Below are positions 44,001 to 57,800 of a stretch of DNA of 64,000 nt, one piece after another. The notes beneath the pieces were generated by a model. It saw nothing but the letters and a program-made list of their open reading frames with translations, was not told the origin of the DNA and did no database searches. Source of the DNA: the human T2T-CHM13v2.0 reference genome, Homo sapiens. The DNA lies in assembly GCF_009914755.1 (NCBI RefSeq), contig NC_060940.1; one strand, written 5' to 3'. Made by a program: the position numbers and the translations under genes. Position 1 is the first letter of the stretch, and every line of letters begins with the position of its first letter.

Positions 44001-47000
44001 TTGAATGATTCAATTCAATTCCATTCCATGTGGATTCCATTCGAATTCATTCGATTATTCCATTCAAATCCCTTCGTTGATTCCATCTGATTCCACTTGA
44101 CGATGATTCCATTCAAGTCCAATCGATGATTCCATTCGGTTCCATTCAATGATTCCATTCGAGTCCATTTATATATTATATTCGTGTCCACTTGATGACT
44201 CACTCCATTCAATTCCATTTAATGATGATTCCATTTGATTCCATTTGATGATTCAGTTCGATTCCTTACAATGATTCCCTACGATTCCTTTCTATGATGA
44301 TTCCATTCGATTCCATTCATTGATGATTCCATTCGACTCCATTCGATGATGATTCCTTTCGATTCCATTTGACGATGTTTCCATTTGAGTCCATTCGATG
44401 ATGATTCAATTCAGTTCTGTTCTATTGTGAATCCATTCGATTTCATTCAATGCTTCTATTTGATTCCATTCGACGATGATTCCATCTCTTTCCCTTCGAT
44501 GATTCCATTTGATTCCATTCAGTGATGATTCCATTTGATTCCATCTGATGATGATTTCACTTGATTCATTTCAATGATGATTCCATTCAAGTCCATTCGA
44601 TGATTCCATTGGAGTCCAAACGATCATTCCATTCGATTCCATTCAATGATGATTCCATTCATGTCCATTCAATGAATCCTTTCAATTCCATTCGATGATG
44701 ACTCCATTCGAGTACATTCGATGATTCCATTTGATTCCATTTGATGATGATTACATTCAATTCCATTCGAAGATGATTCCATTCAATTCCACTTGATGAT
44801 GATTCCGTATGAATCCATTCGCTGATTATTCCATTCGATTCCATTCATTGACGATTCCATTCGATTCCATTCAATGATGATTCTCTTCTATTGCATTCGA
44901 TGATTCCGTTCGATTCCATTCGATGATGATTCCATTAGATTCCATTCGATTGTTGCATTCAATTCCCTTCGATGATGATTCCTTTGAATTCCATTCGATT
45001 ATCATTCCGTATGAATCCATTTGATGATTATTCCATTGGATTCCTTTCGATGATGATTCCATTCGATTCCATTTGATGATGTTTCTCATGTATTCCATTT
45101 GATAATTCCTTTCAATTCCCTTCGATGATGATTCTTTCGAGTCAATTCGATGACTCTATTCCATTCCCTTCGATGATGATTCCATTTCACTCCATTCGAT
45201 GATTCCATTCGATTCAATTTGGTGATGATTCAATTCGATGACATTCGATGACTCCATTCAATTTCATTTGATGATGATTACATTCGAGTCCATTTGATGA
45301 TTGTATTCCTTTCCTTTTGATGATTATTCCATTCGTGTCTATTCAAAGATTCCATTCTATTCCATTCAATGATGATTCCAATTGATTCCATTCAATGATT
45401 ATGGCTATCGATTCCACTCGTTGATTCCATTTGATTCCATTCGATGATTATTCCGTTAGATTCCATTAGGAGATTCCATTCGATTTTATTCAATGATTCC
45501 AATTGATTCCATTCAATGATGATTCCATTCCACTCCGTTCAGTGATTCCATTTGAGTCCATTTGAGGATTCCATTCGAGTCCATTTGATGATTCCATTCT
45601 TTTCCATTTGATGATGATTCCATTAGGGTCCATTCAATGATTCCATTCGAGTCCATTCGTTAATGCCTTTCGAGTCCTTTTGATCACTACATTCGAGTCC
45701 ATTCAATGATTCTATTCGATTCCATTCCATGATGATTCCATTCGAGTTCATTCGATGATTGCATTCGAGTCCATTTGATGATTCCATATGATTCCATTCG
45801 ACAATGATTCCATTCGTGTCCATTTGATGATTCCATTCATTTCCTATCGATGAAGATTCCATTCGAGTGTATTCGATGATTCCATTCAAATCCATTCGAT
45901 GATGATTCCATTCCAGTCCATTCGATCATTCCACTTGATTCCATTTGATGACTATTCCATTCAAATCCATTTGATGATTCCATTCGATTCCATTCGATGT
46001 TACCATTCCAGTATATACGATGATTCCACTCGATTCCATTTGATGATTATTCCATTGGAGTCGACTTAGTGAATCCTTTAGATTCTACTCGAAGATGATT
46101 CCATTCGAGTCCATTCGATGATACCATTCAATTCCATTCGTTGATGCTTCCATTCAAGTGCATTCGATGATATCATTCGATTCCATTTGATGATAATTCC
46201 ATTTGATTCCATGTGATGATTCTATTCCATTCCATTCAATGATAATTCCATTCAATTCAGTGATTCCTCTGGACTCCATTTGATGATGATTCCATTCAAT
46301 GATTCCATTCGATTCTATTCGAAAATGATTCCATTTGAATCCATTTGATGATGATTCCATTCGATTCCATTTGATGATTCCATTCGATTCCATTCGACGA
46401 TGATTCCATTCGATTCCATTTGATGATTCCATTCTATTCTATTCGATGATGATTCCATTCGATTCCATTCGATGATGATTGGATTCGATTCCATTTGATG
46501 ATTTCATTTGATTCCATTCGATGATGATTTCGATCAATTCCATTCGATGATTCCATTCGATTCCATTTGATAATGATTACATCCGAGTCCATTCGATGAT
46601 TCCATTTGAGCCCGTTCGATAATTCCATTTGAGTCCAATCAATGATTCCATTCATTTCCATTCAATGATTCCATTCGAGTCCATTTGATCATTCCGGTAG
46701 GGTCCGTTCGATGTTGATTCCATTGGAGTGCATTCGATGATTCCATTCGAGTCCATTTTAGGATTTGATTCGAGTCCTTTCGATGATTCCATTCGATTCC
46801 ACTCGATGCGATGATGATTTCATTCGAGTCCATTCGACACTTCCAATCGATTCCATTTGATGTTTCCATTCGAGTCCAATTGATGATTCCATTCAATTCC
46901 ATTCGATGATGATTCCGTACGATTCCATTCTGTGATGATTCCATGTGATTGCATTCAATGATGATTCCTTTCGATTGCATTCGATTATGATTCATTTCGT

Positions 47001-50000
47001 GTTCATTCTATGGTTCCACAGGTTTCACATCGTGTCCATTCCATTATTCCATTCTATTCCATTTGATGATGATTCCATTCGATTCCATTGATTGGTGATT
47101 CCACTCAATTCCATTCAATGATTCCATTCCATTTCTTTCAACAATGATTCCATTACTTTCTAATCGATGATCCACTTGTTTCCATTTGACGATGATTCCA
47201 TTCTTGTCCATTCGATGATTCCATTTGATTCCATATGATGATGATTCCATTCGATTCCATATGATGATGATGCCATTCGAGTCCATTCAATGGTGATTCC
47301 ATTCAATTCCATTCGGTGATTCCTTTCGATTCCATTTGATGATGATGGCATTCGATTCCTTTCAATCATTCCCTTTGATTCCACTCAAAGTTGATTTCAT
47401 TCAAGTCCATTCGATAATTGCATTCGATTCCATTCTATGATGATTCCATTCGAGTCCATTTGATGATTCCATTCAATTCAAGTCAATGATGATTCCATTC
47501 GATTCCATTCGATGATTCCATTGGATTCCATTCGATGATGATTCCATTCAAATCCATTCGATAATTCAATTCACGTCCATTCGATGATGATTCCAATCGA
47601 ATCCATTCAAAGATTCCATTCAATTCCATTCGATGATTCCCTTAGATTCCATTCGATGATTCCACTTGATTCCATTTACGATGATTCCATTCGATTCCAT
47701 GTGATGATTCCATTCAATTCTATTCAATGATGTTTCCATTTGATTCCATTCGACCATGATTGCCTTTGATTCCATTCAATGATTCCATTCGGTTCCGTTT
47801 GATGATGATTCCGTTCGATTCCATTTGATGATTCCATTTGATTCCATTGGATGAGTCCATTCGATTACATTCGATGATTATTCCATTCGAGTGCATTAGA
47901 TGATTCCATTCGAGTCCATTCGATGATTCCATTCGAGTCCATTCGATGTTGATTCTGTTCAAATCCATTCGATGATTCCACTCGATTCCATTCGATGACT
48001 CCATTTGATCCCATTCGATGATTTCCTTTGATTCCCTTTGATGAACATTCCATTTGATTCAATTCGGTGATTTCATTGGATTCCATTCAGTGATGTTTCC
48101 ATTCGACTCCATTCGATGATGATTCCATTCGACTACATTCGATTATGATTTCATTCAATTCCATTCGATAAAGATTCCCTTCGAGTCCAATCGATGATTC
48201 CATTCGATTCCATTCAACGATGATTTGATTCGTGTCCATTCGATGATTCCATTTGATTCCACTTGATGAGGATTCCATTCGACTCCATTTGATGATTCCA
48301 TTCAATTCCATTCTCCGATGATTTCTTTTGAGCCCATTCAATGCTTCCACTCGATTACATATGATGATGACTCCATTCGATGAAACTCGATGATGATTCC
48401 ATTCGCTTGCATTCGATGATGATTCCACTTGAGTCCGTTAGAAGATTCTATTCAATTACATTCCATGACGATTCCGTTCGAGTCCATTTGATGATTCCAT
48501 TACACTCCATTCGACAATGATTCCATTCAATGTTATTCGATGATTCCATTCGATCTCATTCGATGATGATTCCATTCAACTCCATTCGATGTTTCCATTC
48601 GAGTTCATTCTATTATTCCATTAGATTCCATTCGATGATGATTCCATTCGATTCCATTTGATGATTGCATTCTATTTCATTTGATGATGATTCCATTCGA
48701 GTCCATTCGATGATTCCATTCGAGTCCATTTAATGAATCCATTGGTTTCAATTCTATGATGATTATATTGGATTCCATTCGTTGATGATTTCATTCGATT
48801 CCATTCAATGATGATTCCATTCAATTCCATTCAATGATTCCATTCAATTCCATACGATGATGATTCCATTTGATTTGATTCAACAGTGAGCCATTCGATT
48901 CAATTCCATGATGATTCTATTTGATTCACTTGGTTGACATTTCCATTCGGTTCCATTCGATGATGATTCCATTTGATTCCATTCAAAGATGATTCCATTC
49001 TAGCCCATTCAATCATTCCATTCGATTCTATTCAATGATGATTCCATTCATGTCGATTTGGTGATTCCATTTGACTTCATTTGATGATGATTCCTTTCAA
49101 GTTCATTAGATGATTCCATTCGATTCTATTTGATGATGATCCCATTCGAGTCCATTCAGTGATTCCACTCGTTTCCATTCCATGATGATTCCATTCCATT
49201 CCATTCAATGATTCCATTCGATTCCGTTTGATGATGATTTCATTCGAGTCCATTTGATGATTCCATTTGATTCCATTCGATGATGATTCCATTCGAGTCC
49301 ATTCGATGATTCTATTCGAATCCATTTGATGATTTCTTTTGATTATATTTGGTGATGATTCCATTGGAGTCCATTCAATGATTCCATTCGATTCCAATCG
49401 ATGGTGGTTCCATTAGAGTCCATTTAATGATTCCATTTGATTCCAGTCTCTGATGTTTACATTCGAGTCCATACGATGATTCCACTCAATTCCATATGAT
49501 GATGATTCCATTCGATTCCATTCGATGATTCCATTCTATTCTATTCAAAGGTGATTCCATTCGAGTACATTAGATGATTCCATTCGATTCCATTCAATGA
49601 TGATTCTATTTGTGTCCCTTAGATGATTCCACATGATTCCATTAGATGATGATACTATTTGAGCCCATCCAATGATTCCCTTCGATTCCATTCGATGAGG
49701 ATTCCATTCGATTCAATTCATTGGTGATTCTATTCAATTCAATTCTTTGATTCAATTCCATTCCATTCGACAATGATTCCATTCGATTTCTTTCGATGAT
49801 TCCACTCAATTTCACTTGACATTGATTCCATTCGATTCCATTCAATGATTCCATTTGATTCCAGTGGATGATGATTGCCGTCGATTCCATTCGATCACTC
49901 CATTCTGTTCCATTTGATGATGATTACATTCGATTCCATTTGATGATTCCATCTGATTCTATTCGAGGATTCCATTTGATTCCATTCGATGATGATTCCA

Positions 50001-50635
50001 TTCGAGTCCATTCGATGATTTCATTCGAGTACATCCAATGAGTCCATTCGAGTCCATTTGATGATTCCATTTCATTCCATTTGATTATGATTCTACTAGA
50101 GTCCATTCAATGACTCCATTCGAGTCCATTCAACAGTTCCATCCGAGTCCATTCGATGATTCCATTCGATTCCATTTGATCATTCCATTCGAGTACATTT
50201 AATCATTACAGTCGAGTCCATTTGGTGATTCCACTGGATTTCTTTTGATAATGATACCATTCAATTACATTTGATGATGATCCCATTCAATTTCATTTGA
50301 TGATGATTCCATTAGAGTCCATTCCATGATTTCATTCGAGTCCCTTCATTGATTCCATCCGATTTCATTTCATGATGACTCCATTCGAGTCCATTCGATG
50401 ATTCCACTCGATTCCATTAGATGATTCCATTGGAGTCCATTTGATTGTTCCATTCGATTCCATTCGATTCCTTTCGAAGATTATTCCATTTGAGTCCATT
50501 CGATGATGATTCCATTCCATTCCATTCGATGATTCCGTTTGATTCCATTCGATGATTCCCTTCGATTCCTTTCTATGATGATTCCATTCCATTCCATTCA
50601 ATGATTCCATTCGAATCTATTCCATGATGATTCCT
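38004..50635 (+). repeat. HOR copy 4 (12,632 bp)
   Basis: Offsets versus copy 1 step 38003->37999->37989->37966. These correspond to deletions of 4 bp (~38,503), 10 bp (~41,410) and 23 bp (~47,948), each visible in the sequence. Confidence 0.95.
42732..44407 (+). repeat. 836/840-bp tandem duplication inside HOR copy 4
   Basis: ORF pairs 42891/43727 and 43179/44015 at offset 836. Confidence 0.92.
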
Positions 50636-51830
50636 TTCGATTCCATTCGCTGATGTTTCCGTTCAATTCCATTCGATGATGATTCCATTCGATTCCATTC
50701 ATTGAGGATTCCATTGGATTCCATTAAATGATGATTCCATTCTATTCCATTCAATGATTGCATTCAATTCCATTCAATGATTATGCCATTAGAGTAAATT
50801 CAACGATTCCATTCAATACCATTCGATGATGATTCCTTTTGAGTCCATTCAATGATTTCATTCAAGTCCATTTGATGATTCCTTTCAATTCCATTCCATG
50901 ATGATTCCATTCGAGTCCATTCGATGATTCCATTCGATTGCATTCGATGATTCCATTATATTCCATTCAACGATGATTCCATTCGAGTCCATTCGATGAT
51001 TCCATTAGAGTACATTTAATGATTGCTTTGTTTTCAATTCGAAGATGATTACATTGGATTCCATTCTATGATTCCATTCGATTCCATTCATTGATGATTC
51101 CACCCAATTCCATTCGATGATGATTCCATTCGATTTCAATGATTCTACTCGATTCCATTCAATGATGATTCAATTCTATTCCGTTTGATGATTCCATTAG
51201 ATTCCATTCTATGATGATTCCATTCGAGTCCATTCGAAGATTTCATTCGATTACATTCCATGACGATTCCATTCGAGTCCATTCGATGATTCCATTTGAA
51301 TCCATTCGACGATGATTCCATTTGATGCTATTCGATGATTCCATTGGATTCCATTCGATGATGATTCCATTCGACTTGATTTGATGTTTCTATTTGAGTC
51401 CATTCGGTTATTTTATTAGACTACATTCGATGATGATTCCATTCGATGCCATTCAGTGGTTCCATTTGATTCCACTCAATGATGATTGCATTCGTGTCCA
51501 TTCGATGATTCCATTTGGTTCCATTTGATGATGATTCCATTCGAGTCCATTCGATGATACCATTCAATTCCATTCGATGATCATTCCATTCGAATCCATT
51601 TGATGATTCCACTCAATTCCATTTGATGACTCCTTTCATTCCCATTCGATGATTCCCTTCAGTTCCAATTGGATGATCTTTCCATTTGATTCAATATGGT
51701 GACTCCATTCTATTATATTCAATGATGATTCCATTCGACTCCATTAGATGATGACTTCATTCCATTCCATTCGATTGTGATTTCATTCGATTCCATTCGA
51801 AGATGATTCCATTCGAGTCCATTCGATGAT
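50636..51830 (+). repeat. HOR copy 5, truncated (unit positions ~1-1,200)
   Basis: Matches the unit start and shares copy 4's 4-bp deletion (cgatttcaatgattctactc at ~51,131). Colinearity ends at ~51,815-51,845. Confidence 0.92.
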
Positions 51831-54800
51831 TCCATTCGATTTCATTCAACGATGATTTGATTCGTGTCCATTCGATGATTCCATTTCATTCCACTTGATG
51901 ATGATTCCATTCGAGTCCATTTGATGATTCCATTCAATTCCATTCTCCGATGACTTCTTTTGAGCCCATTCAATGCTTCCACTCGATTCCATATGATGAT
52001 GACTCCATTCGATGAAATTCGATGATGATTCCATTCGCTTGCATTCGATGATGATTCCACTTGAGTCCATTAGAAGATTCTATTCAATTACATTCCATGA
52101 CGATTCCGTTCGAGTCCATTTGATGATTCCATTAGACTCCATTCGACGATGATTCCATTCGATGTTATTCGATGATTCCATTCGATCTCATTCGATGATG
52201 ATTCCATTCAACTCCATTCGATGTTTCCATTCGAGTTCATTCTATTATTCCATTAGATTCCATTCGATGATGATTCCATTCGATTCCATTTGATGATTGC
52301 ATTCTATTTCATTTGATGATGATTCCATTCGAGTCCACTCGATGATTCCATTCGAGTCCATTTAATGAATATATTGGTTTCAATTCTATGATGATTACAT
52401 TGGATTACATTCGTTGATGATTTCATTCGGTTCCATTCAATGATGATTCTATTCAATTCCTTTCAATGTTTCCATTCAATTCCATACGATGATGATTACA
52501 TTTGATTTGATTCGACAGTGAGCCATTCGATTCAATTCCATGATGATTCTATTTGATTCAATTGGTTGACATTTCCATTCGATTCCATTCGATGATGATT
52601 CCCTTTGATTCAATTCAAAGATGATTCCATTCTAGCCCATTCAATCATTCCATTCGATTCTATTCAATGATGATTCCATTCATGTCGATTTGGTGATTCC
52701 ATTTGACTTCATTTGATGATGATTCCTTTCAAGTTCATTAGATGATTCCATTCGATTCCATTTGATGATGATCCCATTCGAGTCCATTCAGTGATTCCAC
52801 TCGTTTCCATTCCATGATGATTCCATTCCATTCCATTCAATGATTCCATTCGATTCCGTTTGATGATGATTTCATTCGAGTCCATTTGATGATTCCATTT
52901 CATTCCATTCGATGATGATTCCATTCGAGTCCATTTGATGATTCTATTCGAATCCATTTGATGATTTCTTTTGATTATAGTTGGTGATGATTCCATTGGA
53001 GTCCATTCAATGATTCCATTCTATTCCAATCGATGATGATTCCATTAGAGTCCATTTAATGATTCCATTTGATTCCAGTCTCTGATGATTACATTCGAGT
53101 CCATACGATGATTCCACTCAATTCCATATGATGATGATTCCATTCGATTCCATTCGATGATTCCATTCTATTCTATTCAATGGTGATTCCATTCGATTCC
53201 ATTCAATGATGATTCTATTTGTGTCCCTTAGATGATTCCACATGATTCCATTAGATGATGATACTATTTGAGCCCATCCAATGATTCCCTTCGATTCCAT
53301 TCGATGAGGATTCCATTCGATTCATTTCATTGGTGATTCTATTCAATTCAATTCTTTGATTCCATTCCATTCCATTCGACAATGATTCCATTCGATTTCT
53401 TTCGATGATTCCACTCGATTCCACTTGACATTGATTCCCTTCGATTCCATTCAATGATTCCATTTGATTCCAGTGGATGATGATTGCCATCGATTCCATT
53501 CGATCACTCCATTCTATTCCATTTGATGATGATTACATTCGATTCCATTTGACGATTCCATCTGATTCTATTCGAGGATTCCATTTGATTCCATTCGATG
53601 ATGATTCCATTCGAGTCCATTCGATGATTTCATTCGAGTACATCCAATGATTCCATTCGAGTCCATTTGATGATTCCATTTGATTCCATTTGATAATGAT
53701 TCTACTAGAGGCCATTCAATGACTCCATTGGAGTCCATTCAACAATTCCATTCGACTCCATTTGATGATTCCATTCGATTCCATTTGATGATTCCATTCG
53801 AGTCCATTTAATCATTACAGTCGAGTCCATTTGGTGATTCCACCGGATTTCTTTTGATAATGATACCATTCAATTACATTTGATGATGATCCCATTCAAT
53901 TTCATTTGATGGTGATTCCATTAGAGTCCATTCGATGATTTCATTCGAGTCCCTTCATTGATTCCATCCGATTTCATTGGATGATGACTCCATTCGAGTC
54001 CATTCGATGATTCCACTCGATTCCATTAGATGATTCCATTGGAGTCCATTTGATTTTTCCATTCGATTCCATTCGATTTCTTTCGAAGATTATTCCATTT
54101 GAGTCCATTCGATGATGATTCCATTTCATTCCATTCGATGATTCCGTTTGATTCCATTCGATGATTCCCTTCGATTCCTTTCTTTGATGATTCCATTCCA
54201 TTCCATTCAATGATTCCATTCGAATCTATTCCATGATGATTCCTTTCGATTCCATTCGCTGATGTTTCCTTTCAATTCCATTCGATGATGATTCCATTCG
54301 ATTCCATTCATTGAGGATTCCATTTGATTCCATTCAATGATGATTCCGTTCTATTCCATTCAATGATTGCATTCAATTCCATTCAATGATTATCCCCTTA
54401 GAGTAAACTCAACGATTCCATTCAATACCATTCGATGGTGTTTCCTTTTGAGTCCATTCAATGATTTCATTCAAGTCCATTTGATGATTCCTTTCAATTC
54501 CATTCTATGATGATTCCATTCGAGTCCATTCGATGATTCCATTCGATTGCATTCGATGATTCCATTATATTCCAGTCAACGATGATTCCATTCGAGTCCA
54601 TTCGATGATTCCATTAGAGTACATTTAATGATTGCTTTGTTTTCAATTCGAAGATGATTACATTGGATTCCATTCTATGATACCATTCGATTCCATTCAA
54701 TGATGATTCCACTCAAATCCATTGGATGATTCCATTCGTGTCCATTCGGTGATTTCATTAGATTCCATTCGAGGATGATTCCATTCGATTCCATTCGATG

Positions 54801-57800
54801 ATTCCATTCAATTCCATTCGATGATGATTCCATTCCAGTCCATATGATCATTCCATTTGATTTCATTCGATGATGATTCCATTCGATTCCATTCGATGAT
54901 TCCATTCTATTCCATTCGATGATGATTCCATTCGAGTCCATTCGATGATTCCATTCGAGTCCATTTAATGATTCCATTGGGTTCAATTCAATGATGATTA
55001 CATTGGATTCCGTTCTATGATTCCATTCAATTCCTTTCATTGACAATTTGATTCCATTCGATGATGATTCAATTTGAGTTCATTCGATGATTCTATTCGA
55101 TTCTCTTCGATGGTGATTCAATTCTATTATATTGGATGATTCCATTCGATTCCATTTGATGTTGATTCAATTTGATTCTATTCGATGATGATTCCATTGG
55201 ATTTCACTTGATGATTCTATTCGATTCCATTCAATGATGATTCACTTCTCGTCCATTGGATGATTCCATTTCATTCCATTCGATGATGATTTCCTTCGAT
55301 TCCATGCGACGGTGAGCAATTCGATTCAATTCCATGATGATTCTATTTGATTCAATTAGATGATGTTTCCATTCGAATCCATTCCATGATTATTCCATTG
55401 GAATCCATTTGGCGATGATTCCATATGAGTCAATTCAATGATGATTCCATATGGGTCCGTTCGATGATAATTCCATTTGATTTCATTCAATGCTTCTATT
55501 CTATTCCAGTCGATGATGATTCCGTTGGAGTCCATACGATGTTTCCATTTGATTTCATTTGATGATGATTCCATTCGATGATGATTACATTGGATTCCAT
55601 TCTATGATTCCATTCAATTCCATTCGTTGATGATTCGATTCCATTCAATGATGATTCCATTTGAGTTCATTCGATGATTCTATTCGATTCCGTTCGATGG
55701 TGATTCAATTCTATTATATTGGATGATTCCACTCTATTCCATTTGATGATTATTCCATTGGAGTCCACTTAGTGAATCCTTTAGATTCTACTCGAAGATG
55801 ATTCCATTCGAGTCCATTCAATGATACCATTCAATTTCATTCGTTGATGCTTCCATTCAAGTGCATTCGATGATATCATTCGATTCCATTTGATGATAAT
55901 TCCATTTGATTCCATGCGATGATTCTATTCGATTCCATTCAATGATAATTCCATTCAATTCAGTGATTCCTCTGGACTCCATTTGATGATGATTCCATTC
56001 AATGATTCCATTCGATTCTATTCCAAAATGATTCCATTTGAATCCATTTGATGATGATTCCATTAGATTCCATTTGATGATTCCATTCGATTGCATTTGA
56101 CGATGATTCCATTCGATTCCATTTGATGATTCCATTCTATTCTATTCGATGATGATTCCATTCGATTCCATTTGATGATGATTGGATTCGATTCCATTTG
56201 ATGATTTCATTTGATTCCATTCTTTAATGATTTCGATCAATTCCATTCGATGATTCCATTTGATTCCATTCGATAATGATTACATCCGAGTCCATTCGAT
56301 GATTCCATTTGAGCCCGTTCGATAATTCCATTTGAGTCCAATCAATGATTCCATTCATTTCCATTCAATGATTCCATTCGAGTCCATTTGATCATTCTGG
56401 TAGGGTCCGTTCGATGTTGATTCCATTGGAGTGCATTCGATAATTCCATTCGAGTCCATTTTATGATTTGATTCGAGTCCTTTCGATGATTCCATTCGAT
56501 TCCACTCGAAGATGATTTCATTCGAGTCCATTCGACACTTCCAATCGATTCCATTTGATGTTTCCATTCGAGTCCAATTGATGATTCCATTCAATTCCAT
56601 TCGATGATGATTCCGTACGATTCCATTCTGTGATGATTCCATGTGATTGCATTCAATGATGATTCCTTTCGATTGCATTCGATTATGATTCATTTCGTGT
56701 TCATTCTATGGTTCCACAGGTTTCCATTCGATGACGTTTCCGTTCGTGTCCATTCCATTATTCCATTCTATTTCATTTGATGATGATTCCATTCGATTCC
56801 ATTCATTGGTGATTCCACTCAATTCCATTCAATGATTCCATTCCATTTCTTTCAACAATGATTCCATTAGTTTCTATTCGACGATCCACTTGATTCCATT
56901 TGGCGATGATTCCATTCGTGTCCATTCGATGATTCCATTTGATTCCATATGAGGATGATTCCATTCGATTCCATACCATGATGATTCCATTCGAGTCCAT
57001 TCAATGGTGATTCCATTCAATTCCATTCGATGATTCCTTCCGATTCCATTCGATGATGATAGCATTCGATTCCTTTCAATCATTCCCTTTGATTCCATTC
57101 AAAGGTGATTTCATTCAAGTCCATTCGATAATTGCATTCGATTCCATTCTATGATGATTCCATTCGAGTCCATTTGATGATTCCATTCAATTCAAGTCAA
57201 TGATGATTCCATTCAATTCCACTCGATGATTCCAGTGGATTCCATTCGATGATGATTCCATTCAAATCCATTCGATAATTCAATTCAAGTCCATTCGATG
57301 ATGATTCCAATCGAATCCATTCAAAGATTCCATTCAATTCCATTCGATGATGATTCCCTTAGATTCCATTCGATGATTCCACTTGATTCCATTTACGATG
57401 ATTCCATTCGATTCCATGTGATGAATCCATTCAATTCTATTCAATGATGTTTCCATTTGATTCCATTGGACCATGATTGCCTTTGATTCCATTCAATGAT
57501 TCCATTCGGTTCCATTTGATGATGATTCCGTTCGATTCCATTTCATTATTCCATTTGATTCCATTGGATGAGTCCATTCGATTACATTCGATGATTATTC
57601 CATTCGAGTGCATTAGATGATTGCATTCGAGTCCATTCGATGATTCCATTCGATTCCATTCGATGTTGATTCTGTTCAAATCCATTCGATGATTCCACTC
57701 GATTCCAATCGATGACTCCATTTGATCCCATTCGATGATTTCCTGTGATTCCCTTTGATGATCATTCTATTTGATTCAATTCGGTGATTTCATTTCATTC

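Noticed and set aside
1-51830. The HOR as a pure assembly duplication artefact
   Set aside because: Each copy has private SNPs or indels and structured sharing with the flank, which is not expected from duplicating one sequence. Read-level confirmation is still advisable.
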